DNA from: an uncultured bacterium
GTDB taxonomy: Bacteria > Margulisbacteria > WOR-1 > CAZGTC01
NCBI GenBank assembly: GCA_964528395.1
Contig: CAZGTC010000004.1
Location: forward strand, 26,840-90,839
Length of the DNA stretch: 64,000 nt
Direction: 5' to 3'
The notes beneath the pieces are model-generated. The model was given only the letters and a program-made list of their open reading frames with translations. It searched no databases and had not been told where the DNA came from. The position numbers were made by a program, and so were the translations under genes. Positions 50,301-59,231 of the stretch are shown here, piece by piece (the first letter of the stretch is position 1; every line of letters begins with the position of its first letter).

Positions 50301-51357
50301 AACCTTGAACGAAGTAAATAAAATTATTCGGCTTTCTCCTTTGGCAAGGGTTCGATCACATTATGAAAGACTTGCTTTTTATTTAGGCCGCGGACAAATT
50401 TTAAGGGTAAAAAAAGAGCTTGAAAGCATCTTAACGATTGCAACTATCCTGGAAGCTGGGCTCAATTCCCTACCCGCTCAAATTTTTGATGAAAAAACCG
50501 AGGACTTCTTAAAAACCTTAAGTTTTACCAGTCGCGCATTTTTGGCCACAGGGAATGCAATCCTCCCAGAACTAAAAAAACATTTAGCCCATTTAGGCCT
50601 AACCGGAATTAGTGATCTTCCAGATGAAGAAGTAAAGCCAGCAGCGATTAAGTTATTGTTGAAAAAAATGCACCAATTAAAAGTCGCTGTTCCTAATGCG
50701 CGCGTCCGAACCCTATTAGATAAAACAATAAGTTTGCTTAATGAGGCGAGCAAAAACCCTGAAGGTTTTGAGCTTATTGCCATTGCCTCTGAACTAGCGG
50801 TAGAAGAAAATGTTATTTTAAAACATTACAAAAATAAAACCGCACAAGAAATCGCGCTAGAAGCAGTTGAGCTTAAAAAAGCCAAAGGGCTTCTTGCTTC
50901 CCTAGAAAAGGAATTTCTTTCTCTAGAAAAAACCTTGCAAGGCTTACAGTCTAAGGTTGCTGATCTAGAAGCTCGAGGAGAAATCCCCTATACTGCAGAT
51001 TGGTTCGAAAGGATCCTGGGAGTTTATATTTCAACCTCCTGGTCTATTTATAAAAGTGAGCCTACAATTGCTATTGCTACCATGTTAGAGGTTTTAAACC
51101 AAGACCATGTCCCAATCAAATCTTCCGAGAAAACTGCCCGCACCCTGATAAATTTTATGCGCGACAAAGAAGTCCGCGGATTTATGAACATCCTTATGCA
51201 ATCACCCTATTACCAGCTCTTGGCCTTGTCAACTGTTGCTCAAATGCTTTTTTATTCTGGTTCAGAAACAGAGGCAAAAGAAATTTACGATAAGATGAAA
51301 GCCCTTGATCCAAACAATGCACAAACACAAAAAATTAAGGCCCTTATAGAGAAATAA
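47386..51357 (+). CDS. Giant helical-repeat (TPR-like) protein (1323 aa) with a putative twin-arginine (Tat) signal.
   Basis: MSRRAFLAGSATVVGLGLTAYGG matches the S-R-R-x-F-L consensus followed by an h-region. The rest is predominantly alpha-helical repeat sequence. Confidence 0.5.
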   Translation: MGVLTRIFNYFRKPAIQRPAAPPPPVNASSWNPTMSRRAFLAGSATVVGLGLTAYGGKRISNWLGSPHPQPIEPMSSSPLSQSQLSLIKTWWKTHVQTVPVKGQNNPISFVIQETDKNTGGLKVVSEGIPWGLASARHLNSQDRFDQVLRGLRLMMRDGLPSWNNLLKKEPAQNSFSFETVDSNPAMDADLQIVAELIQAARLQDKKIWGNGEFDYAKIAQHMLNMLYDSYVSYDGAFASLAPNPHEKGGAQGYVKNLSYISIAILEVIRDFDANTSHQWNDIINFEQISRNKIISAKEYHQGETAAVNAPITRLPDWVRLGVEQKYDNGSYSNEYKIFIDAKRSSNFGYEAIRCLWLIAQDGLYARDPEIQKQNQELAKFLIGQILALAKSQNKPPEEFIAEIEVGSEKNKEPKTLYAGYAALAYAASFLPQKDQAADYAALSKNLAQKAQEGGTFHGRYYQDSLILFSSLMLKQAFHWQPQQPYVNGESKDSQNILRKYWPYPFFHLKFTYYLTAHQRALLGLANARAAVYNSYAWAGNWRRSRVTNHFRNRITYGQQLALFGMVEGAIEQFTYILKHADPGRNLREIREAAYGLEGSLRRGGIPAFKAVRIYEQIIEERSQNKRSSLAYLYVGLAQAYLETYSQKFLFLALANARIARNLSNAPYDNEAYVKACFLFAVAHQRKGEHLLNNIGKEVSIERVKTFIDANKIIAEFDQARQALIKALEIINTVFTEQNKLSLLGYFDHYLSIDADLYKDLRRCGSFRAALFFQIAELDKQKADAFSQIVGLTDQQKIDQKNAYKSAREYYCKALEDKDITPNLCLSSISKIIDTYREEADYAIKNSHGIPKGRPLTEPAHLRELNAHPAFREAQRLMTFALTSFQNPPAKKPEKIDRDTPWISPEEQAITIGTCVIKDGTPQPKWYDQLLRETNLQDKKRAYELRLAELTLRNTLLGIVAESAQPQEAMRITLNEVNKIIRLSPLARVRSHYERLAFYLGRGQILRVKKELESILTIATILEAGLNSLPAQIFDEKTEDFLKTLSFTSRAFLATGNAILPELKKHLAHLGLTGISDLPDEEVKPAAIKLLLKKMHQLKVAVPNARVRTLLDKTISLLNEASKNPEGFELIAIASELAVEENVILKHYKNKTAQEIALEAVELKKAKGLLASLEKEFLSLEKTLQGLQSKVADLEARGEIPYTADWFERILGVYISTSWSIYKSEPTIAIATMLEVLNQDHVPIKSSEKTARTLINFMRDKEVRGFMNILMQSPYYQLLALSTVAQMLFYSGSETEAKEIYDKMKALDPNNAQTQKIKALIEK

Positions 51358-51381
51358 GTGCAAGTTATAGAGATACCGTAT

Positions 51382-51404
51382 CGAATATATATATACTTAA
51401 GGAG
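51382..51404 (+). promoter_or_regulatory. Locus motif instance 4: CGAATATATATATACTTAAGGAG upstream of the 1881-aa gene.
   Basis: TATATATAT core followed by an AAGGAG RBS, 11 nt before ATG 51416. Confidence 0.5.
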
Positions 51405-51415
51405 ATGAAAAGTTT

Positions 51416-54400
51416 ATGCCAGTACCAGCACCAATAACCGGAAGTAGTTCTTCCCATGATATTTGTAAAAAAGTCTATCTTGGGAATGTATACGAAGAAA
51501 TAGGAAATATTGATTCTCGCGCTTTTAGAAGCTCTGCAACCGACGTGGACAATCAATATAATACGCAACAAAACATTGCAGGCATTGAACTCCAAATATC
51601 AAAATTAAATTGTAAAAGAAACCTAAATGATATTGCCTACAAAAAAAATGCTTTTCTTGCTTTTATGGTGCTTATCCAGTTGCTCGATCGCTTGGCAAAT
51701 CTAACCACAGATACAAAAGAAAAAAAAGCCCTGTACGCAAAATGCGCGGCTTTGTCCGCGGTTTTCTGTCGCAAAAGCATTCCAGCCGGCATTGTGGCAG
51801 ATCAAGCCACCCAAAAGAACCTAATTCCTCTTCTTCGCTTGTTAATTAATAAGGGGTATAAAGAACCAGAAAACAAAGTTCGAGAAGAAATAGAGTTTAT
51901 TTATAAACAAGCGCTTTCATATCTTGGTTCTGATAATGAAATGATCAAGTCCGGAGAAAACTGGTTTGCAAAAAGAAGTGGGGCTTCAAAAACTGCTCCC
52001 AAGCTTAAAAGATATACCTATGATTACACCGTAGGATACCGTACACGTTGGATGGAAATTCTAGCCCAAAAACCTGCTCAAGCGCATCTACTGCTCACAA
52101 AAGACCCTGCCCAGTATAAGCAAGTCCTATTGGATTACCTTGTTTATTTAAAGAGAGTAGCTACTCCTTCCCCCACAATAGCACAAAGATTAAACGAGCT
52201 TTATACGCGGATGGTTTCTGCCATAATAAACGCATACACAAACACTACAAGTACAACTTATGCCGCAAAAAAGAAAGAAATTTTAGCCATTCTTGGCAAA
52301 GACATAAAAAATCGAACAGCAGAGGAAAAAACCACTCTTCTACATATATTTAACCCGGGGCTTATTGGAGGATTCAAATTAAAATATATTGAAGATCAAG
52401 ATGGATTAACCCAATATGACGCAAAAGTCAATCGAGGATGGGTATTGGCAAAATCGCGCAGCGAAGAAGACCTAAACTTAGCCGTAAAACTAGCTATTGA
52501 AAATTTAAATACCGGTCATATTGAAAGAAAAACGCATGATTTTATAAAGATCCTTATCGAAGCTTTAAATAATCTCATCTTAATAAAAGGCAAAACCAGC
52601 CCCAAGTCTCTAGAATTAAGACAAATTTTAGCCTTGGTTCTAAAGCTCTCGGCAAATTCTATTCCCAACTTACCCGCCTGGGTAACTATGCTAGCAAATG
52701 TAGCCAAAAAAAATGGATCAAACAATTATTATATTATGGTTGCTCAAACCCGCCTTGACCTTAACCGTATTCCGGCTTATTTTTCTGATTTAGACCCTGA
52801 CCGCAAGCCAGATGAAATCGTCAAGCAGGGCCTCTGGATTGCCGGCCTTTTATCTTCTATTGCTGATACGCTTAAAAAAGCCGGGAGAGAAAAGGATATT
52901 TATGACCCTTTCTTTTTTGCCGCAGTTAGGGAATATCTCAATTGCCAAATTCCCCTTATCCGGGAAATACAAAAATATCCGCAAAAAGCATCTTTATACT
53001 TAAGCTTGGCTTCGGCCTACCATGCCATGGGAGACCAGCACGAAAAAGATGGGGACAAAGAAACTGCCCGCTTATGCTGGAAAAGAGCCAAAGCCATTTG
53101 CCAGGCTCTTTGGGATGGAATACAAATATCTTCTTCTTTATTTACAGCCCAAGGAGATATTTTACCAGATATTTCTGCGCTTATGCGAGGAATAATCATC
53201 CATCGGAACGCCTTATTAAAATCTTTAAAAAATGGTAATTCCTCAAGCAGCGCCCCGGGAAAAGTCCCGGGAAAAATTATTTACGAATTCTTTCATAGTT
53301 TTGCCGAAGCCATCCGAAAAGTTGATCTAGTCTACGACAGAGAAAAATCTAAAAAGAAAAACTTAAAGTTTATTGATACGTCTTTTCAGACGGCTAAAGG
53401 GTTTTATTCGCTAGCTAAAAAATCGATAGATCCAGATGTTATTTCTCGAGCTAACGCTGGCGAAAAAGAAGCTTTTCGCGCCCGTATTCGCGCTTATATT
53501 TTAGCGGGAAAATTTGAAGAAGCCATAAAATTATATCCTCCAGAAATTATCAAAACCTTTACCCACCTATCAGCCGGAGGGACCCCTAGTTTTGAAAACC
53601 TTACTCTGGCCTTGGGAAATATTACAGAACTCGCCTGGGCCTATGCTGAAAAAGGCCAGTACGACAGCCGTTATCTAGGAAAAGAACATCAAAAAACCAG
53701 TTATGTAAACTTCTTAAAATCTGCGGCTATTTATCATGCCCTCTTATATGGCAAACAATTATTACCGAAGATCAACGATCAATCTTTTAAAGAGATTATT
53801 AAATTAATTATAAAATTCAAAGCTCATTTTGATAATCCTCTTTTGCTTCTAACTCTAAAAATCTCAAAAGAAGAACTTTATATGCGATTAGGCGATTTAA
53901 CCCGCGATGCTGCCCAGAAAACCCTTGCTTTTAATATGGCTAATAAATTATATGTTTTTGCAGGTAAACAATACCAAGCTGCTTTAGCCCTGCTCCAAAC
54001 TAGTAATGGAAATGGCCTTTCAAAAGTAAAAATCGCGGCCGCCCAAACCGGCTTGGCAAAAACTTATATTTTAAGGTCGGAATTATCCCTTAAATTAGGG
54101 CAACCCAAAATAGCAAAAAAATATTTAGCATTTGCCAGGCATTTCGCTAAAAAGGGCCTTTTAGCTCTTACCCATAAAGATATAGACACTCGAAAAGAAG
54201 GAAAGCTTATCTTGGATGCTTTTTCTACCTATAGCTGGGCACTCGGAAAAAGCGGCGGGTTCGCAGAAAAACAAGGGGATATTTCAGGCGCGCACAAATA
54301 TTTTAAACTTGCACGCACCTTAAATAATGCTTTTGTCCATAATCTTAAAAGTCAGAGCCTCCCCAAAGAAACTAAAGTTTTAGCACAAATTGCTTCTACC

Positions 54401-57061
54401 CTCAAAGAACAGCTTCCTTTTAGGCAAACCCTTATCCACGATCAGCCGCAGGAATATTTTTCTCTAGACTTGGCCAAGCTTTATAAAGCTTCCAGTAAAG
54501 GTTACAAAAACCCGCAGGAAAAAATAAGGGCTCTAAGCCGAGCGATTTATATATTTGAAACTATTATTTCACAATCCAAAGACATCCTTTTTGCTTATAA
54601 AATAAAAGAAGCACAAGTAGAATTGGCCGAAGCCTTAACTCTGCGGGGCAAATACTATGAAGATACCCGGCGCGATGATCTAGCAGAAAAAGACTATCAA
54701 ACTGCCCTGCAAATTTGCCTTGCATCAATTAAAGACCAAAAACCTATCAAAACATTGGCCCAATCCACGGTTTATCTAAAAGGCATATCGGCTTTAATTT
54801 GGGCACTTAAGCACTATATGGACCTAAAAAAATATACTGATGTTGCTTATTCTGACATTGGCAGCCTTTTGCCTATCGCGCTTTTTAACTGTTTAACTAC
54901 TGGCAATATTTCTCTTAGCCCAGAATTACGTACATTTATTATTGCCAAACTAAACATAGCTGAAGCAGAGATAAACAGTCTTTTTGGTTTTTTAAAAACT
55001 TATGCTCAAACCTTTGCCCAAAATAAGGCCCGCATCCTAGAAGCTGCGGATTTAACTGAAAACAATCTAAAACTCGGGTTTATTGGCTTGCTGATTTCCG
55101 CAAAAAAATATTCGGATGCAGCCAACATGTATAAAGACTATGTCATTCCACAATTAAAAGAATTAGCTAAAATCCCTCCGGCAGAGTTTGAGATTATTCT
55201 TGAGATCACTTCCGCCCTGGGGGATATCTATTGCTATAAATTTGAAGATTTCAAAAAAGCCAAAGAATATTATCTTAAGACTTTAGAAATTTTTACTTCT
55301 TATAAAAAGAAATATACTGATCTACCAGAAGAAATAAAACTTGTAGAACAAAAAGCTATTCTTGGCCTGGCCAAAATAGATATAGAAAATAACAATTACA
55401 AAGCCGCAGAAAAAAAATATTGGAAGGGCATTAATCACTCTAATTTTAACCAAACATCAGGCAGCCTTCCCTTGAAAGCACAAGAGGTCCTTATTCGGGC
55501 TTATTTAGGTTTAGGCGGCTTATATTTACACCTTAAGCCAAATCATACCAAAGCCCTAGAAATGTATAAAAAAGCGCGTCAGTTGATCTCTTTGCTTTCG
55601 ATCAAAAAGGCCTACCGCTATTTGGTCCAGGCTTTTCTTGAAAGTGGAGATGTTTATAGGCTATTGAACCAGCCAAAGCAAGCCATTAACTTTTATCAAG
55701 ATGGGCTAAAACTATTAACCGGGCAAGGCATCAATGAAGAAGAAGATATTGAATTAGAAACCCTTATTAGGGCTGCACTGTCCCAAGCTTTGGCACAAGA
55801 AGGAAAAGTTGATTTAGCCTTGCAAGAAAACAAAAAAGCCAGAGAGCTTATACAAAAACTCCTAAGCAGACCGTATGGAAAAAAATATCAAAAGACTTTC
55901 CGTCGTATTATTGGGGATACCTCAAATATTTGGGATGAAGCTTCGCGCTGTCCCGGTTCGTTTAGAATTGGCGGGGCTTTTAGCTATAATCAGAGCAATC
56001 GCCTTTCGATCTTGGGAAATGCCTTTCAGGGCCAAGCAGGGCCATCTGGTGAAGGCTTTATCTCTTATCAAATCTCTAGAAGATTTAGCCTTGCCCTAAA
56101 TTATCAGCCGGATATTCCTCAAGCTTTTAATATCTTTAATCCTGGTTCCAGTGCCGGCTCTCCACAAAATCTAGCAAGAATGGAAAGCAACTACAACCAT
56201 TCCATAGGATTATCCTTAAACTACAAATTAGAAACCCCTTCTTATAACCTAAGCTTGAATCCTTTTATCCAAAGCCATATATTTTCTTATAGAATTTATG
56301 AGCATAGTTTTTCACAGGATTATCGCTTTGTTGATCAGCTTCCTGGCTATCCGTTGGAACATCCTAATACCCTGCTTAGCTTTAGCTTGGGCGGGATTAT
56401 TAGTGGGGATTGGAAGCTTAAGCTTCCTAATCAATTTTTGTTATTGATCGGGGGACAAGCCAAAATCGCTGGATCTTTTGTTTCTGGGCCAGGCATAGGC
56501 AATGAAAGTTATTTAATCTCCCAACTAGAAAATGCTAAAACTAAAAATCCTCAAGCAACTAAAGAAGCTTTGCCCGGGCCAGCCTATGCCACTGCTAGCC
56601 GATTAAAAAATACTCATCTTTTTACCTGGAACCTAAATCCCGGAGTTAATCTGGTTTTCCCAGCTTGGGTTGGTCCTATGGGAATTTGGAAAAACTCCAG
56701 CCTAAGACTAGGCTTTTCTTTTGGAGAAGACCCGATTGCCGCTACGCTTAATAACTTTTATCCTATGCGCAATTTACAAAAAGATGCTTCTGGTAAAACT
56801 TGGTTCAAAGACTTGGATAGCTTTCGTATTTCTGGAACAATTTCTGCCAGAACCGACATAACTTTTGGACTGGATTCAAGAATGCGCATTCCAATTGAAT
56901 TTTTGCTTGAAGGCGGAAATTATCTTTATCTGCAGATAACCACAGGTTTTAAATATTATGGGGATATGTGGAATATTTTCCCCTTTATAAGGTATGAACA
57001 GTTTGAGGGGCCGACCGATAGATCTCAGCGTTTTAAAATTGGGGTTGAATTCGGCTTTTAA
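51416..57061 (+). CDS. Giant TPR-rich protein (1881 aa) with a C-terminal beta-barrel-like domain ending in an OMP-type beta-signal.
   Basis: AAGGAG RBS. Long helical-repeat N-terminal 1450 aa. Last ~400 aa are rich in alternating hydrophobic/Gly/Asn/Ser beta-strands. C-terminus is KIGVEFGF, an alternating hydrophobic pattern with terminal Phe. Confidence 0.5.
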   Translation: MPVPAPITGSSSSHDICKKVYLGNVYEEIGNIDSRAFRSSATDVDNQYNTQQNIAGIELQISKLNCKRNLNDIAYKKNAFLAFMVLIQLLDRLANLTTDTKEKKALYAKCAALSAVFCRKSIPAGIVADQATQKNLIPLLRLLINKGYKEPENKVREEIEFIYKQALSYLGSDNEMIKSGENWFAKRSGASKTAPKLKRYTYDYTVGYRTRWMEILAQKPAQAHLLLTKDPAQYKQVLLDYLVYLKRVATPSPTIAQRLNELYTRMVSAIINAYTNTTSTTYAAKKKEILAILGKDIKNRTAEEKTTLLHIFNPGLIGGFKLKYIEDQDGLTQYDAKVNRGWVLAKSRSEEDLNLAVKLAIENLNTGHIERKTHDFIKILIEALNNLILIKGKTSPKSLELRQILALVLKLSANSIPNLPAWVTMLANVAKKNGSNNYYIMVAQTRLDLNRIPAYFSDLDPDRKPDEIVKQGLWIAGLLSSIADTLKKAGREKDIYDPFFFAAVREYLNCQIPLIREIQKYPQKASLYLSLASAYHAMGDQHEKDGDKETARLCWKRAKAICQALWDGIQISSSLFTAQGDILPDISALMRGIIIHRNALLKSLKNGNSSSSAPGKVPGKIIYEFFHSFAEAIRKVDLVYDREKSKKKNLKFIDTSFQTAKGFYSLAKKSIDPDVISRANAGEKEAFRARIRAYILAGKFEEAIKLYPPEIIKTFTHLSAGGTPSFENLTLALGNITELAWAYAEKGQYDSRYLGKEHQKTSYVNFLKSAAIYHALLYGKQLLPKINDQSFKEIIKLIIKFKAHFDNPLLLLTLKISKEELYMRLGDLTRDAAQKTLAFNMANKLYVFAGKQYQAALALLQTSNGNGLSKVKIAAAQTGLAKTYILRSELSLKLGQPKIAKKYLAFARHFAKKGLLALTHKDIDTRKEGKLILDAFSTYSWALGKSGGFAEKQGDISGAHKYFKLARTLNNAFVHNLKSQSLPKETKVLAQIASTLKEQLPFRQTLIHDQPQEYFSLDLAKLYKASSKGYKNPQEKIRALSRAIYIFETIISQSKDILFAYKIKEAQVELAEALTLRGKYYEDTRRDDLAEKDYQTALQICLASIKDQKPIKTLAQSTVYLKGISALIWALKHYMDLKKYTDVAYSDIGSLLPIALFNCLTTGNISLSPELRTFIIAKLNIAEAEINSLFGFLKTYAQTFAQNKARILEAADLTENNLKLGFIGLLISAKKYSDAANMYKDYVIPQLKELAKIPPAEFEIILEITSALGDIYCYKFEDFKKAKEYYLKTLEIFTSYKKKYTDLPEEIKLVEQKAILGLAKIDIENNNYKAAEKKYWKGINHSNFNQTSGSLPLKAQEVLIRAYLGLGGLYLHLKPNHTKALEMYKKARQLISLLSIKKAYRYLVQAFLESGDVYRLLNQPKQAINFYQDGLKLLTGQGINEEEDIELETLIRAALSQALAQEGKVDLALQENKKARELIQKLLSRPYGKKYQKTFRRIIGDTSNIWDEASRCPGSFRIGGAFSYNQSNRLSILGNAFQGQAGPSGEGFISYQISRRFSLALNYQPDIPQAFNIFNPGSSAGSPQNLARMESNYNHSIGLSLNYKLETPSYNLSLNPFIQSHIFSYRIYEHSFSQDYRFVDQLPGYPLEHPNTLLSFSLGGIISGDWKLKLPNQFLLLIGGQAKIAGSFVSGPGIGNESYLISQLENAKTKNPQATKEALPGPAYATASRLKNTHLFTWNLNPGVNLVFPAWVGPMGIWKNSSLRLGFSFGEDPIAATLNNFYPMRNLQKDASGKTWFKDLDSFRISGTISARTDITFGLDSRMRIPIEFLLEGGNYLYLQITTGFKYYGDMWNIFPFIRYEQFEGPTDRSQRFKIGVEFGF

Positions 57062-59230
57062 TTAAAGGCTCTCAAGCCAATTTTGGATGGCTTTTGCAGA
57101 AATTATTTGGCCAGCACACAAAGCCATTAATATATTGATCCCGGCTCTGTCAATCTTTTTCAAGCTCTGGATTGCTTGGACATTCGCAGGGGATAAACCC
57201 TCGACTGTAGATAATTTCCATAGGATAATCGCCCGCATAGCTGGCCCAATCACATAAGCCTTAAATTCTTGTTTTAAGTGTTTTATAAAGTTATCCGAGG
57301 ATTTATCGCTTGAAGCAAAAAACTTTAATAAAGAAGGAAGCTTCTTATGGCTATGGGTAAAATAACTAACTCCCCGCCCTACAATAACCCGTACCAAATT
57401 AAAAGCTTGTTCCGTTAGCTTTGTGGCTTGTTTAGGTTCTTTTATTGCCACTCCTTGCTTAACCAATTCCTCTCGCGCAGAAAGGGCGGATAAAATCCTT
57501 CTTTTGTCGGTAAAAATCGGAACCACTTCTGCTGGCCCTTGTAAATCAACTTGCAACCCTTGTTTTTCAGCCCCTTGCTTGGCTAAAAAGCCTGATATTT
57601 GGGTATTATGGTAATGGACCTCTGGGGAACCTAAGCTAGCTGGACCATAAATTAACCGGCTTCTTTTTGCTATTGGCTGAAAGGCAGGCTCTCCTTGAGT
57701 AGCAATTTCTGTTAAGCGGGCATTTGCTTGCACCGTTCGTGTTTCAAGGTCAATTGGCAGAGTTTCACTTCCTGCAAAAGAAATAGAAAAAACTATCCCT
57801 ATCTGGCCGCTAGCTCTATCCGGCAAACCAAAGCGTTTTTCATATCTCTCATCTTGCCAGCTTGCCACAAACTTAGCATTAAATAGATTAAAAATATTTT
57901 GCAATCCTATCCACCCCATAATTTGATGGTTTTCTCCAACTAATAAACGATTCCATTGATATTGCATGCCTACATCCAAAATAAGCCGTTGATCAATCCT
58001 CCATAACCAAGAAGCTCCTATTTCGAATGGAGTATTAGTTTTTTCCAGCTGTAATGGAACATGGAGGGAAACATATAAATCATGGCGCGTAGCCAAAGGA
58101 TAAAACAATTTTGCATACAAACCATGAGAAAGATCAAAATTAAGAGCCTGGTTTTGGCCGCTTAAATCGCTAACCACGCGGCTAGAAGCCCTTAACTGCC
58201 ACCCCAGCTGTGCGATAGCTGAACCCAAAGTTAATCTTAACCCAAGATCAGCCTTAAATTCTAGGTATTCTTTGTTCTTTTCAAAACTGCCAACCCTAGT
58301 TTCAAACCCTCCCGCTATTCCTAGGTTGCGTAAAACTTTTATAGAGCTAAAAGGCGCCCATCCAGCATTGAGGCGTACTTCACCATAGCCCCCGACCCCT
58401 AACCCCAGCCTCTCACCCCCGTTATAACTCAAACTCAGGCCAAAAGAAGGGTCTCCGCTAAAAAGCTTATTGGGTAAGCCATACAGGGCAAGCCCAATCG
58501 AACCATCGGTTACTGGCTGAGCCTTGAAACGATGCGCAACATCCCCCAAAAAGCGCAAGGTCAAACTATAATTCTGGGTTTGTGCTATTCTCCAATCAAA
58601 AGTTGTGTTCCCTCCAATAAAAATACTTGCCGGATTATCCGAAAGAATAACTCCCCCTTGCAGCTCTAAGTCTAGATTAAGTCCTTTACCACGCAAAAAA
58701 TCGTGAGCCTTAGTAAAAGGGTCTGTTGTAGGCATTCCCCCAGCCTGACTAAGAAGGTTTGCAAATAAATCTTTATATTTTTTTTCAAAATTAAAAATAA
58801 AGGCTTTTTTCTCTCCGCACAAAAGCTGAAGAATTCTATCTGGTTTTATCGGGACGTTTGGGGATGCAGGATTAAAACCTATTTGAGACTGTGTTGGAAG
58901 AGACAATTGCCTTGCCAGAACAACCAACAAATCCTGTAATTTTTGTTTAAAAGTAAGGTTAAAAGCCCCAAGTTTTTGTCTAAATAATCTTTGGATGCTT
59001 TGATCCTTTATCAAATGAGAAAATAATTTTAAAATTTTTCCCTGTAATTGAGAATTACGTTGTATATCGGTATCTTCATGAGATCCCAATAATTCTAAAG
59101 CTTTGACAACCAAAAATAAGCTCTTTAAAAGATTTGCCTGCGCTGGAGCTGTGGCCGGCAAAGTCGTCGCTAGCCGGATAGGTTTAAATCCTTCTAGATC
59201 ACAGCTTTCATTCCAAAATGTAGTACTCAT
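57062..59230 (-). CDS. Hypothetical protein (722 aa) with a central beta-barrel-like region and a helical C-terminal region.
   Basis: aa ~180-480 show amphipathic beta-strand periodicity similar to the C-terminal domain of the 1881-aa protein. No obvious signal peptide. Likely co-transcribed with the upstream 596-aa gene. Confidence 0.45.
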   Translation of the reverse strand: MSTTFWNESCDLEGFKPIRLATTLPATAPAQANLLKSLFLVVKALELLGSHEDTDIQRNSQLQGKILKLFSHLIKDQSIQRLFRQKLGAFNLTFKQKLQDLLVVLARQLSLPTQSQIGFNPASPNVPIKPDRILQLLCGEKKAFIFNFEKKYKDLFANLLSQAGGMPTTDPFTKAHDFLRGKGLNLDLELQGGVILSDNPASIFIGGNTTFDWRIAQTQNYSLTLRFLGDVAHRFKAQPVTDGSIGLALYGLPNKLFSGDPSFGLSLSYNGGERLGLGVGGYGEVRLNAGWAPFSSIKVLRNLGIAGGFETRVGSFEKNKEYLEFKADLGLRLTLGSAIAQLGWQLRASSRVVSDLSGQNQALNFDLSHGLYAKLFYPLATRHDLYVSLHVPLQLEKTNTPFEIGASWLWRIDQRLILDVGMQYQWNRLLVGENHQIMGWIGLQNIFNLFNAKFVASWQDERYEKRFGLPDRASGQIGIVFSISFAGSETLPIDLETRTVQANARLTEIATQGEPAFQPIAKRSRLIYGPASLGSPEVHYHNTQISGFLAKQGAEKQGLQVDLQGPAEVVPIFTDKRRILSALSAREELVKQGVAIKEPKQATKLTEQAFNLVRVIVGRGVSYFTHSHKKLPSLLKFFASSDKSSDNFIKHLKQEFKAYVIGPAMRAIILWKLSTVEGLSPANVQAIQSLKKIDRAGINILMALCAGQIISAKAIQNWLESL

Positions 59231-59231
59231 A

